The notes under the pieces: model-generated
Databases searched by the model: none
What the model saw: the letters and a program-made list of their open reading frames with translations, nothing else
Told to the model about the DNA's origin: nothing
Translations under genes and position numbers: made by a program
Shown: in pieces, positions 45,289-54,720 of the stretch
How the letters are laid out: each line of letters opens with the position of its first letter
Numbering within the stretch: the stretch's first letter is position 1
From: a virus
Taxonomy: Duplodnaviria; Caudoviricetes
Length of the DNA stretch: 55,660 nt
Virus record (IMG/VR): IMGVR_UViG_3300031578_006468
Coordinates: 1-55,660 of that record
Reading direction: 5' to 3' (one strand)

Positions 45289-45315
45289 TTATGCCAAACT
45301 GGCATAAGGGTTGAT
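45289..45315. promoter_or_regulatory. Perfect inverted repeat overlapping a sigma54-like -24/-12 sequence
   Basis: TTATGCCA-AAC-TGGCATAA (45289-45307). CTGGCATAAGGGTTGAT resembles YTGGCACG-N4-TTGCW but has GA instead of GC at -12. Confidence 0.4.
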
Positions 45316-45345
45316 ATCAGTTAATTTTAAAAAAGAGGTATAATT

Positions 45346-45630
45346 ATGGGTATTGAAGAAAGCAATGATGCTATAAAATACAGTAAAGATTGTGCTGACT
45401 TTAAATGTCTTAAAGATGGTACGATAGTTGGGGAGTATAAATATTGTGATTTAAGTTTACACTGCAGACAAATCGACATAGTATATGGTGGTAAGGCTGT
45501 GCCGATGGAAGCACATTATTTACCTATACTAGATGCAGCTGGAAATGTTATTGCTCATGAATTATTTTGTACTGGTATTTATGATAATAGGTCATTAAAA
45601 GAACGTTCCGAGGACGATAAAGTTTCTTAG
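45346..45630 (+). CDS. Hypothetical Cys-containing protein
   Basis: 94 aa, GAGGT RBS, five Cys. Confidence 0.6.
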   Translation: MGIEESNDAIKYSKDCADFKCLKDGTIVGEYKYCDLSLHCRQIDIVYGGKAVPMEAHYLPILDAAGNVIAHELFCTGIYDNRSLKERSEDDKVS

Positions 45631-45642
45631 AGGGGTTGACAA

Positions 45643-46110
45643 ATGAACGAAGATGCATTATCTTTTACTAAAATTAAGATAAATAGTGATTTGTTAGATG
45701 AAATCTGGGGTTTAGATCCAAGGCAATTAGATTATGTTGATGGTGCAGTATTAAGTTCTTATGCCCTGGCTCTATCACAATATCTTGTATACTTTACATA
45801 TCAAAAAAATCTGACAAGGGCTGAGCAATACAGATTAAATAAAAATATTGATAGGCAGATAGCGTTGATTTTAGCTTCAGACAGGGTGGATTTAAAAAAA
45901 ATAAAGACTAAGACCGATATAAAAGAATATTTAATCTCTATTGATACTAATCTCATGGACATGCAGAGTAAATTAGATGGGATATACAAGGAGCTTCTAC
46001 AGGTTGAGGGTATAGATAAGGTTATGAGTGAGTTAATAGCTACTATTAAGAGGGAATTGACTAGAAGAGAGAATGAGTTATACCAAGTTAGACAGGAGAG
46101 AAGAAATTAA
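45643..46110 (+). CDS. Coiled-coil protein, possibly a UvsY-like recombination mediator
   Basis: 155 aa, all-helical with a heptad pattern, located between recA and dnaB. Size and layout recall UvsY-like proteins (inference). Confidence 0.45.
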   Translation: MNEDALSFTKIKINSDLLDEIWGLDPRQLDYVDGAVLSSYALALSQYLVYFTYQKNLTRAEQYRLNKNIDRQIALILASDRVDLKKIKTKTDIKEYLISIDTNLMDMQSKLDGIYKELLQVEGIDKVMSELIATIKRELTRRENELYQVRQERRN

Positions 46111-47507
46111 TGGATGTTATAGGTTTTAAAGACCTTTTTTGTAGGCCCATGGATGAGCGAGCTCTAATAGCTTGCTGTATGAAAGATATATCTTATTATT
46201 TTTCAGTATGTTCTAAATTACGTCCAACAGACTTTCTCTATAGTCAACATGAGATGTTAATGTTTATTTTAGCTGAACTTTCTACAAGGGGATCTGAAAA
46301 ATTTGAACCTAACTTAGTTATAGCTGAGGCTTCAGCGAAGGGTATATTAGAAGATTGTGGTGGTATAAGGTATATAAAAACCATATATGATATGGCGGTA
46401 GACCCAGATAATTTTATACTTTATTTAGAATCTGTTATAGAATCTTCCACTAAATTTAAGTTGTATGGATTATTACATAATAATATAGAAAGAATATCAA
46501 GGAATTCTAAAGAGGGTTTATCCAGTGCTGATCTTTTAGGCGCAGTAGAGGGCGAAATACTTGATCTGTCTATGTCTGGTTGTAATATAAGTGAGCCTAT
46601 AGATTTTGCTGAAGGGATTTCGGAGTATATAGAAGCTAGGCGAAATAATAGAATAGAGCTTAGTGGTCTTTCTACTGGGTATCCCATACTTGACAAACAG
46701 ATAGATGGTATGATTAATGGTACACTTTTAGTTATTGCCGCCAGAAAGAAAATGGGTAAAAGTACTTTACTATCAAACATAGGTTTGCATGTTGCTTACA
46801 GACTTGATAAGCCTGTTTTGTATGTTGATACGGAGTTATCCTTTGAGGAGTGGCGGTCAAGATCTTTGTCTACTATATCTGGAGTTAAAGAGCGTGATAT
46901 TAAACACGGTGGTTATGATGATATGGCTTACCAGTCTTTAAAAAAAGCTGAACGTCTTATCAAGAAGAAAAAACTTTTTCATGAGTATATGCCTGGTTAT
47001 TCGGTTGATAAATTAGTAGCTTTATACAGAAAATACAAACACAAAGAAAATATAGGCCTAATAATTTTTGATTATTTGAAGGAGCCAGATAGTTCATCTG
47101 TTGATAGGCAAAGAAAAGAATATCAAATACTAGGAGATGTTACAACAAAACTTAAAGACCTTGCAGGAGAGATGGATATACCAGCTTTGACTGCTGTCCA
47201 ATTAAATAGAGCTAATGATATAGCCGATAGTGATAGGATAGCGAGATACGCTGATGTTGTATGCCTTTGGAGTGATAGAGAGAAAGAAGAGATAGAGATG
47301 GGGGGTGATTCTAGTGGCACCCATAAACTTATTATTAAGGATACTCGTAGGGGTGGCTCTACTAGTAATGAAGGTATAGGGTATATGTTCTTCAAAGAAT
47401 TTTTGAAGATTAAAGAGGTTCCTGTTGACAAGCAATATTTTTCTAATTTTAACAAAATAGTTAATAACGATAGTGCTTTGGTGGGGAATGATGAAGAGTT
47501 ATTATAA
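46110..47507 (+). CDS. dnaB: Replicative DNA helicase DnaB
   Basis: ERALI...L.P.DF...H N-terminal domain, GLSTGY..LD..I.G, Walker A AARKKMGKST, LIIFDYL, LK.LA.E..IP....VQLNR and I...AD.V. Confidence 0.93.
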   Translation: MDVIGFKDLFCRPMDERALIACCMKDISYYFSVCSKLRPTDFLYSQHEMLMFILAELSTRGSEKFEPNLVIAEASAKGILEDCGGIRYIKTIYDMAVDPDNFILYLESVIESSTKFKLYGLLHNNIERISRNSKEGLSSADLLGAVEGEILDLSMSGCNISEPIDFAEGISEYIEARRNNRIELSGLSTGYPILDKQIDGMINGTLLVIAARKKMGKSTLLSNIGLHVAYRLDKPVLYVDTELSFEEWRSRSLSTISGVKERDIKHGGYDDMAYQSLKKAERLIKKKKLFHEYMPGYSVDKLVALYRKYKHKENIGLIIFDYLKEPDSSSVDRQRKEYQILGDVTTKLKDLAGEMDIPALTAVQLNRANDIADSDRIARYADVVCLWSDREKEEIEMGGDSSGTHKLIIKDTRRGGSTSNEGIGYMFFKEFLKIKEVPVDKQYFSNFNKIVNNDSALVGNDEELL

Positions 47508-48552
47508 ACAAAAAGAAGATGACAGTTGGAAAAACTTCAAAGAACAACTTGACTATCTAAAATATTCGGTAGATGCTCATTATTTATTAGAAAACTTAGG
47601 TGTTAAAGCTGAAAGAGAAACACCTAAAGAAATAAGGAGCTCTTGCCCAATACATGCTGGCGATAATAGAACTGCATTTAGGTTTAATAAACAAACACAT
47701 ACTTGGGTATGTTTTACACATAAATGTCACGATACTTTTGGTAATGACACCATAGGTTTAATAAGGGGTCTTTTAGGTTTAGATTTTATGGGTGCTGTGG
47801 CCTATTTAAAACAGCTTGTAGGTGATATAAGTGGTGTTGATTTTATAGAATCAAAACGTAAACGTGAAATAAATAGTTTTATGCAGTCTTATTCTAGTAT
47901 TACTATGAGACCAGATTCAGTAAATGAAGCATCTTTAGAGAAGTTTAAGGGCTATAGGTCTTCTTTTTTTAACAGCGATGGGTTTAAAAATGAGACACTA
48001 GATTACTTCGAAATTGCCGGCGGATGGAAAGATAAACAAGATTTAATTAGAGACATAATTCCAATAAGAGCTGAAACGGGTGAACTTTTAGCTTATAGTT
48101 TAAGAGATATAAGAAAAGACGTAGAAGCAGATGATAAATATATACTTACTCCGGGATTTGATAAGCAGAATTGTTTATATAATTTAGATAAAGTAGTAGA
48201 TATGGCTGATAAAGTTCCTATAATAGTTGTAGAAGGATTTAAAAGTGTTTGGCGCCTTTATGATTATGGAATAAAAAATGTAGTAGCTACTATGGGTTCA
48301 AGTATAACAGAGGGGCAACAGTTTTTATTATATATGTATGCTTTAAAGGGAGTTGTAGTTATGTTTGATAATGACATTGCAGGAGTTAGTGGTATAACTA
48401 AAGCTTTAGAGGATATGTCTAGTAAAGTGGATATTTTACCAGTATTTATACAAGAAGTTGATGAGAACGGTAATGGATTAGATCCAGCCGATTTAACAAA
48501 AGAACAAGTACATGAGTACTTGGATACTTATTTTATTAAAGGAGAAGTTTAA
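47491..48552 (+). CDS. dnaG: DnaG-type primase
   Basis: CHC2 zinc finger (CPIH...C....C) and TOPRIM motifs IVVEG, G..NVVA.MG, FDND.AG and DPADL. Start chosen at ATG 47491 after GGTGGGG; the track start at 47473 is an alternative. Confidence 0.9.
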   Translation: MKSYYKQKEDDSWKNFKEQLDYLKYSVDAHYLLENLGVKAERETPKEIRSSCPIHAGDNRTAFRFNKQTHTWVCFTHKCHDTFGNDTIGLIRGLLGLDFMGAVAYLKQLVGDISGVDFIESKRKREINSFMQSYSSITMRPDSVNEASLEKFKGYRSSFFNSDGFKNETLDYFEIAGGWKDKQDLIRDIIPIRAETGELLAYSLRDIRKDVEADDKYILTPGFDKQNCLYNLDKVVDMADKVPIIVVEGFKSVWRLYDYGIKNVVATMGSSITEGQQFLLYMYALKGVVVMFDNDIAGVSGITKALEDMSSKVDILPVFIQEVDENGNGLDPADLTKEQVHEYLDTYFIKGEV

Positions 48553-48554
48553 TT

Positions 48555-48866
48555 ATGGACGGAGAAAACTTTGTAAATTTAAAGGGAACAATTCAGTGGC
48601 CAGAGCTAAAGACAGTAGGAGAGAAGAATAGTAAATTATTTAAAGGTAAGTTAGTTATTCCAATAGGGGACAAGGCCCAATATTTAAAAATAGCGGCCTG
48701 GAATAGTATTGCAGAAGGTTTAGATAGTTTACCTAAGGATGCATTTATACATATTCATGGCCATATTGAAGAGAGATCTTACGACGGTGCCTGTAAGCAT
48801 TGTGGCGGCCAAGAAAAAAAATATTGGACAGAGGTTGTAATTGATAACTTTGTTCAAATAGCTTAA
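48555..48866 (+). CDS. ssb: Single-stranded DNA-binding protein with CxxC insertion
   Basis: N.V.L.G....PEL, I.AW..IAE and I.I.G.I..RSY.......Y.TEVV follow the bacterial SSB OB fold. CKHC is inserted and there is no acidic tail. Confidence 0.8.
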   Translation: MDGENFVNLKGTIQWPELKTVGEKNSKLFKGKLVIPIGDKAQYLKIAAWNSIAEGLDSLPKDAFIHIHGHIEERSYDGACKHCGGQEKKYWTEVVIDNFVQIA

Positions 48867-48876
48867 AGGGGTTATT

Positions 48877-49248
48877 ATGACAGACAACATTATTAAGGGA
48901 ACACCTCCTATGGTTTTATTGCCAGCTAAAAACTACGTGTTCAAAATTAGCAATGACCATTATACAATAACTTTACCAAGAAAAGGTACTTATAATGAGC
49001 TGGCACCAGAAATATTTGATGAAGATTCTGGAGAATTTGATTTGTTTGATGACGCTTCTAAAATATTATATACACCTTCTATTACTAAAGTGCTTTTTGC
49101 TACTAATAAATATCCAGACTTAAAATTTAATCAGTTTTTTGTCCCATACTCAATTCATTTTGATGATGATACTGTGACTTTGACTGGGCAGATAGCCGAC
49201 ATGTTATTGGTAAAGGAATCAGAAGAAGGTTGTGAGGAAGGAGAATAA
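48877..49248 (+). CDS. Hypothetical protein
   Basis: 123-aa ORF with an acidic C-terminus. No recognised motif. Confidence 0.6.
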   Translation: MTDNIIKGTPPMVLLPAKNYVFKISNDHYTITLPRKGTYNELAPEIFDEDSGEFDLFDDASKILYTPSITKVLFATNKYPDLKFNQFFVPYSIHFDDDTVTLTGQIADMLLVKESEEGCEEGE

Positions 49249-49249
49249 T

Positions 49250-49606
49250 ATGGATTGTTTAATGTGTGGTAATCCTAATGCCTTGTTGGTTTTTACTGAA
49301 GTTGTACATTGTGATTGCTGTAGCGAGCCTAATGAGCTTATGTACTATGCCTGTAGAAATTGTGGTATTATTTGTACAGTTTTGGATGGAGAGCTTATAG
49401 ATAGCTCGGAAGAGCTTCCACTACCCTTTAAGACTATAATGCAAGAGCTGCTGGATAATGCTGAGTATGATTTAAGTGATATATGTACAGAAAAAACACC
49501 ACTAGAGATTATGCATAAATGTATAAAGTGTGAAACATTATCCTATGAGATAAAACCAAATTTATATCATTGCCCAGACTGTGGTTTTGAGTGGGAGATT
49601 AGATAG
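49250..49606 (+). CDS. Multi-zinc-ribbon protein
   Basis: ATG 49250 after AAGGAG. CLMC, CDCC, CRNC, CIKC and CPDC. Confidence 0.7.
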   Translation: MDCLMCGNPNALLVFTEVVHCDCCSEPNELMYYACRNCGIICTVLDGELIDSSEELPLPFKTIMQELLDNAEYDLSDICTEKTPLEIMHKCIKCETLSYEIKPNLYHCPDCGFEWEIR

Positions 49607-50394
49607 TGAAAGATTATTACGAAATGTTAGGTGTTAATCGTGAATCTTCTAAGGAAGATATTAAAAAAGCTTATAGAAGATTATCTATGAAACACCATCC
49701 AGATAAAAATCCAGGCAATAAAGAGGCTGAGGATAAGTTTAAAGAGATAAACGAAGCGTATTCTACACTTTCAGATGATGATAAACGTAGATCATATGAT
49801 AATCCAAATCCATTTGACAATATAATGAAGGGCTTTTCTGGATTTGGTAGTTTTAGACAGCAACCACGTAGGCCAAATATTAATGACCCTAGGCAGGGAC
49901 AAATTATAGGTATAGAGGCTAAAATCCCTCTAAAAATATTTTTGTTTGGTGGTGTTTTTAGCACGTCTATTAGCTATGAGCAAGGTTGTGCTGTTTGTAG
50001 TGGGAAGGGTTTCAGTGAAAGCTCAGAGTGTGACATGTGTCACGGTGGTGGTTTCATACAGCATGTAGAGAGAAGACCTGGATTTATGTCTACATCGTCA
50101 ACCCCTTGCCCTAAATGTAGGGCAATGGGAGTAATAGGTAAGAATTCTTGTAGTGAGTGCTCTGGTAAAGGTACTGTCAAAGTAGATAATAAAAATTTTA
50201 GTTTTAATATAGATCAAAATCCAAACATAGGTACTAGAGTTATTCTTAGAGGTGAGGGCAGAGCCGGTCTTAATGGTGGCCCCAATGGTGATGTTATACT
50301 GGTTGTTTCTGGTATACAATTTCCAGACTTAAATAAACTTAATACAGAAAGTTTGGAACAATTTAAAGGTATTATTGAGGAGTTGGATGCTTAG
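49606..50394 (+). CDS. dnaJ: DnaJ-like co-chaperone (short C-terminus)
   Basis: J-domain KDYY..LGV...IKKAYR.L....HPDKNPG...[11 protein letters not shown], a G/F-rich linker, four CxxCxGxG-type motifs, and G.G..G..GG..GD. Confidence 0.92.
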   Translation: MKDYYEMLGVNRESSKEDIKKAYRRLSMKHHPDKNPGNKEAEDKFKEINEAYSTLSDDDKRRSYDNPNPFDNIMKGFSGFGSFRQQPRRPNINDPRQGQIIGIEAKIPLKIFLFGGVFSTSISYEQGCAVCSGKGFSESSECDMCHGGGFIQHVERRPGFMSTSSTPCPKCRAMGVIGKNSCSECSGKGTVKVDNKNFSFNIDQNPNIGTRVILRGEGRAGLNGGPNGDVILVVSGIQFPDLNKLNTESLEQFKGIIEELDA

Positions 50395-50911
50395 AATTCT
50401 TAGTCTAGATATATCAGCTTCGACAACTGGTTGGGCATTTACGTTAAGTACACCTAACAGTAAGTTTAAGTTTGGAACTATAAAAACTAGTCCTAAGATT
50501 ACGAGGGCACAAAGACTTGTCAGTTATAGGAATGATTTAATAAAAACCATTGATAAGTTAAACCCAACACATATAGTTATAGAAGATGTTTACTCTGGGT
50601 TAAATGTTAAGACCCTAGTACTATTAGCAAAGTTTGCCGGAGTCACTGAGGAAGTTTGTTTGTCAAGAGCCAGAATAGAACCTTACATAATACATACAAA
50701 CACTGTTAAGGCCTATTTTAAAGCTAAAAATAAAGAGAATTTGTTTGATTTTATTTTAAACATATTTAGTTTCAATATAGAAAAGTTTAAATTTAAAACA
50801 CACAACGATATTACAGATTCGTTAGCACAATTGTTGTGTTATTGTGATAATGTTTTAGAATGTAGAAAATTTAGAGACGAGAAGGAATATGGTTACTTAT
50901 ATGGGGTATAA
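50387..50911 (+). CDS. RuvC-like Holliday junction resolvase
   Basis: ATG 50387 after GAGGAG. ILSLD....TGWA, IVIED and D..D.LA provide the RuvC acidic tetrad. Confidence 0.8.
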   Translation: MLRILSLDISASTTGWAFTLSTPNSKFKFGTIKTSPKITRAQRLVSYRNDLIKTIDKLNPTHIVIEDVYSGLNVKTLVLLAKFAGVTEEVCLSRARIEPYIIHTNTVKAYFKAKNKENLFDFILNIFSFNIEKFKFKTHNDITDSLAQLLCYCDNVLECRKFRDEKEYGYLYGV

Positions 50912-50913
50912 AA

Positions 50914-52080
50914 ATGGCTAAAAAAATAAAATTGAGTGCAACTAGAATAAATACTTTTTTATCTTGTAAGCAAAAGTATTGGTTTTCGTATTATGATAAG
51001 CTACCTAAGCTGTCTAATCCAGCTTTTAAGTTAGGTTTAGCTGTGCATGAACCACTAGAGCTTGCTGGTAATATATGGATAGAAAAAGGTAAGTTTTCTA
51101 AAGCTAGTATTAAAAAAATATTAGAAAAGTACGATGAAGTTTCTGTAAGAGAGGGTATAGAAGATCACGAAGTGCATCTTGAAGGAAAGAACCTGGTTAA
51201 GAAAAGGTTGGCAGACTTTGTTTCGGGCAAAAAAATAATAGGATTAGAAATAAAGTTTGGTTTTTGGGGCGAAGACGGTGGTCAAGATGTAGTTTCTGAT
51301 TTAGGTGTACCCCTAATGGGTTCTATAGATAAGGTGGAAGAGGTTGATGATGAAACTGTTCTAATTATAGACTATAAAACTTCTAAAACTGCTCCTACTG
51401 GTTCACAGATGAAGTCTGATATACAGCTTTCATTGTATGACTTAGTTGCAAGAAAGCTATTTCCTAACTATAAACGGGTGGTTTTAGCGTTAGATTTACT
51501 TAAGTCAGAAATTTTATATACATATAGGACTGATGAGCAGAGACAAGAATTTGAAGAGTACTTAAAGGCGGTCTATGACAGTATGCTAAATTTAAAATCA
51601 GAGGACGTCAGGGCATCTTTAAACGTTTTTTGCCCATGGTGTGATTTTAAAGATTATTGCACCACATATCAAGAGGCTTGTGAGAAATCAGACTACACAT
51701 TCTTACCCACCATGAATTATGATGACGCTGCTCTAGTAGCAGAGTGGGAAATGGTAAAGTCTGTTAAAAAGATTTTGGAAAGCAGAGAAAGAGAATTATC
51801 AATGGTTATGATAGAGAAAATAAAGAAGGATGCTAAGAATTTAGCAGGTTTGGATAAAGAAATATACATAAGACAAAACGCAAGATCTAGTTATGATCTA
51901 GAGACTGTCTTTAAAGCAGTTCCACCTGAAGACTTTTCTAGTTTAGTTAATCTAGATAAGAAATCAGTTGAGTCTTACATGGAACTAAACCCTTCCGTAA
52001 AGGAAATTATATCTAATACTGTTACTACTAATTATACTACACCGTTTTTGGCTTCAAGGAAAGTTAAAGGGGGTAATTAA
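50914..52080 (+). CDS. PD-(D/E)XK exonuclease of the Cas4/AddB/RecB-like family
   Basis: LSATRI..F..C, G...H..LE, GSID.V...IIDYKT, QL.LY and C.WC.F...C (four-Cys Fe-S staple). Confidence 0.88.
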   Translation: MAKKIKLSATRINTFLSCKQKYWFSYYDKLPKLSNPAFKLGLAVHEPLELAGNIWIEKGKFSKASIKKILEKYDEVSVREGIEDHEVHLEGKNLVKKRLADFVSGKKIIGLEIKFGFWGEDGGQDVVSDLGVPLMGSIDKVEEVDDETVLIIDYKTSKTAPTGSQMKSDIQLSLYDLVARKLFPNYKRVVLALDLLKSEILYTYRTDEQRQEFEEYLKAVYDSMLNLKSEDVRASLNVFCPWCDFKDYCTTYQEACEKSDYTFLPTMNYDDAALVAEWEMVKSVKKILESRERELSMVMIEKIKKDAKNLAGLDKEIYIRQNARSSYDLETVFKAVPPEDFSSLVNLDKKSVESYMELNPSVKEIISNTVTTNYTTPFLASRKVKGGN

Positions 52081-52082
52081 AG

Positions 52083-52697
52083 ATGTGGGTAGTGTGTTGT
52101 AGGTGTGGTAAGCACAAAGCTCTCTGGGAGTTCAACAGAAGAAGTGGTGATCCCTTTAGCATACAACGTTATTGTAGATTTTGTCAAAATAATCACAATA
52201 AAAAATATAAGAAAGATAATGTTCTTTATATATCAGGCTATAGAAAAAAGTATAATAGAGAGCATAGTGAAGATATAAGGAAATATAATATAAATTATCA
52301 CTTTGAACACAGAGATGACATACATAAAAGACAAAAACTATATCGTAGATTTAATTTGGATCGAGATGCTTTACGATCTTCTAAACGCAGAGCCGTAAAG
52401 TTAAATCAATCTGTTAAATTGACTAAAGATGAGAAGTATAGAATTGGATTGTTATACAAATGGGCAGATGTTTTGGGTCAAGATTTTCAGGTAGACCATA
52501 TAATACCGTTATCTAAGGGTGGTTTACATCACCCCGATAATATGCAGGTTATTCCTAGAATTCAAAATATTAAAAAGAAAGACAAAGATCCGAAGAAGTT
52601 TTATGGGAAATATTATAATTTTATTACTAATGGAGATATAAAAGATGACAAGAGATATACAACAACAAAAGAAAATAAAAGTCTTAGCATACTGTGA
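52083..52697 (+). CDS. HNH homing endonuclease
   Basis: N-terminal CCRC...CRFC, basic helical linker, and VDHIIPLSKGGLHHPDNMQ.....N..K. Confidence 0.85.
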   Translation: MWVVCCRCGKHKALWEFNRRSGDPFSIQRYCRFCQNNHNKKYKKDNVLYISGYRKKYNREHSEDIRKYNINYHFEHRDDIHKRQKLYRRFNLDRDALRSSKRRAVKLNQSVKLTKDEKYRIGLLYKWADVLGQDFQVDHIIPLSKGGLHHPDNMQVIPRIQNIKKKDKDPKKFYGKYYNFITNGDIKDDKRYTTTKENKSLSIL

Positions 52698-53934
52698 TAG
52701 TCCTACGTGTGCGACTGGTTTTGGGACAGTAAGTCGTAATATTTTAAGTGGGTTATACGCCACTGGTAAGTATGATATAGATGTTCTTGGGATAAATTTT
52801 TGGGGAGATCCACATAATTTTCCGTTTAGAATTTGGCCTACTGCAATAAATAATGATAGAGATCCATATGGCCGCAAAAAAGTTTTTGATATGATTCCTC
52901 AGATGGATTTTGATATTTTATTTTTTTTGCAGGATACATTTATACTAGAATTTTTGCCAGATTTACACAATAGACTTAGGAAAGGTGGAAAACAGTTTAG
53001 GTCTATTTGCTATTTTCCAATAGATGGCCCGCCAAAGGAGCAGTGGTTACTTAATGTAAATGTGTGTGATGTTCCAGTTGTTTACTCAGAATATGGTAAA
53101 GCTGAAGCAGTTAAAATAATTCCTAGTATGGAAAATATATTGACAGTGCCTCATGGCGTTAATACCTCAGAATATTTTGTATCTGGTGAAAAAGATAGGT
53201 TGGCTTTTAGATCTCAGTTTTTTGGTTCTAAAGCAGATAATTTTATTTTTACAAACCTTAATAGAAATCAGCAACGTAAAGATATACCAAGAACTATAGC
53301 TGCTTTTTATGAGTTTAAAAAGCAAGTACCAAATTCAACTTTATATTTACATATGGCTAAACAAGATCAAGGTTGGGATTTACCGGAAGTAGTTAAAGCA
53401 TATAATATGGATATAACAAGTGATGTTATATTCCCTGAAAATTTCGGCCCGAACCAGGGTTTTCCAAGACAAGTGGTAAATATGGTTTATAATGCAAGTG
53501 ATTGTATACTTAGTACTACTCTTGGTGAGGGTTGGGGTCTAAGTTGGCTCGAAGCTATGGCAACAAAGACGCCTATTATTATGCCAGCTAATACAGCGAT
53601 AGTTGAAAACATAACTAAGGATAGGGGTTGGTTAGTGGATTGTGGAACTAATCCTAGTTTATTTACAGTAGTACCTAATGATAATGAGGTTGTGCGGCCT
53701 TTAGTGGATGTTGAATCTATGGTTAAAACCATGTTAGAAATTTATAACAACCCGGCCGAAGCTAAAAGAAGAGCTGAAAATGCTTATGCTTGGGTACATA
53801 CTAATATGACGTGGGAAAATAGTATAGTTCCTAAATGGTTAGAAATATTTAACTCTGCTTACAACAGTCTTCAAAAGGGTGAAAGTATATCTACTAAATT
53901 GACTGCTAATACTATAGACGCAGAAAAATTCTAA
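52645..53934 (+). CDS. GT-B glycosyltransferase, GT4-like
   Basis: DSP...TGFG.V, VPHGV, NRNQ.RKD, and E-x7-E motif EGWGLSWLEAMA...P.I. Confidence 0.9.
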   Translation: MTRDIQQQKKIKVLAYCDSPTCATGFGTVSRNILSGLYATGKYDIDVLGINFWGDPHNFPFRIWPTAINNDRDPYGRKKVFDMIPQMDFDILFFLQDTFILEFLPDLHNRLRKGGKQFRSICYFPIDGPPKEQWLLNVNVCDVPVVYSEYGKAEAVKIIPSMENILTVPHGVNTSEYFVSGEKDRLAFRSQFFGSKADNFIFTNLNRNQQRKDIPRTIAAFYEFKKQVPNSTLYLHMAKQDQGWDLPEVVKAYNMDITSDVIFPENFGPNQGFPRQVVNMVYNASDCILSTTLGEGWGLSWLEAMATKTPIIMPANTAIVENITKDRGWLVDCGTNPSLFTVVPNDNEVVRPLVDVESMVKTMLEIYNNPAEAKRRAENAYAWVHTNMTWENSIVPKWLEIFNSAYNSLQKGESISTKLTANTIDAEKF

Positions 53935-53958
53935 ACCGTATCTAAGAAGGAATCATAG

Positions 53959-54702
53959 ATGATTAAACAAGTAGTAATAGAAGCAATAGATATACCAGAT
54001 GCTTGGTTCCAATGTGTGAATGCAGTACAAGAATATGGGTTTAAATATGAAATCCAACAAGGTAGTTATGTTGGGCAGACAAGATTAGAATTTGATTTTA
54101 TAACAATAGTAATTAAGAAAGCATATTCTGAACCATATGATTTAATGCTTCCACAAATTCCAGCTCATTTAAATATTCCCAATCCTGTAGCCAATGGATA
54201 TGTCGAGGAGTACTTACCTTATTTAATGACAGATGCTATAGATGAAAAAGAGCAGTACACTTATGGAAGTAGAATTACTAATTCTCAAGATATAGATTTT
54301 GAGAAAGATAATTATTATATAACTGATTATGGTGATGAGTTCTTATCTTTGCATGGGTATATAAATCAAATAGACCATTTTATTAAAGTACTAAAAGAAA
54401 CACCAAATACTAATCAAGCAATACTTCAGGTAGGACAACCACAAGATTGTTTGTTAGATGACCCACCTTGCTTGCGACATATTGATATGAGAGTAAAGGA
54501 AGGTGAACTAATCTTCTATCCGTATTTCCGATCTTGGGACTTGTGGGGAGGATTCCCTGCTAACTTAGCAGGTATAGCAGTACTACAGAAATATATGGCA
54601 GATGAAATAGGTGTAAAAATTGGCGAGATTATAGCTTCATCAAAAGGATTACATCTATACGGATATGTAGAAGAACTTGCAAAACTAAGAACAGGTAAAT
54701 AA
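53959..54702 (+). CDS. Thymidylate synthase superfamily protein (short, archaeal/ThyA-like; dUMP-type)
   Basis: YTYG.R, NQID, catalytic PPC, FRSWD, FPANL (Asn at the pyrimidine-specificity position) and LHLY. Confidence 0.88.
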   Translation: MIKQVVIEAIDIPDAWFQCVNAVQEYGFKYEIQQGSYVGQTRLEFDFITIVIKKAYSEPYDLMLPQIPAHLNIPNPVANGYVEEYLPYLMTDAIDEKEQYTYGSRITNSQDIDFEKDNYYITDYGDEFLSLHGYINQIDHFIKVLKETPNTNQAILQVGQPQDCLLDDPPCLRHIDMRVKEGELIFYPYFRSWDLWGGFPANLAGIAVLQKYMADEIGVKIGEIIASSKGLHLYGYVEELAKLRTGK

Positions 54703-54720
54703 AATAATTAGGGGTGTTAA

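Noticed and set aside
43868-48552. Inteins or introns in recA, dnaB or dnaG
   Set aside because: Lengths are normal and the conserved motifs are contiguous.
50914-52080. Cas4-like nuclease as evidence of a CRISPR-Cas system
   Set aside because: No repeat-spacer array or other cas gene was seen. Solo Cas4/AddB-like nucleases are common in phage recombination modules.
48-53732. Minus-strand and nested short ORFs in the track
   Set aside because: All overlap longer + strand genes with recognisable motifs, and they show no motifs of their own. Treated as shadow ORFs.
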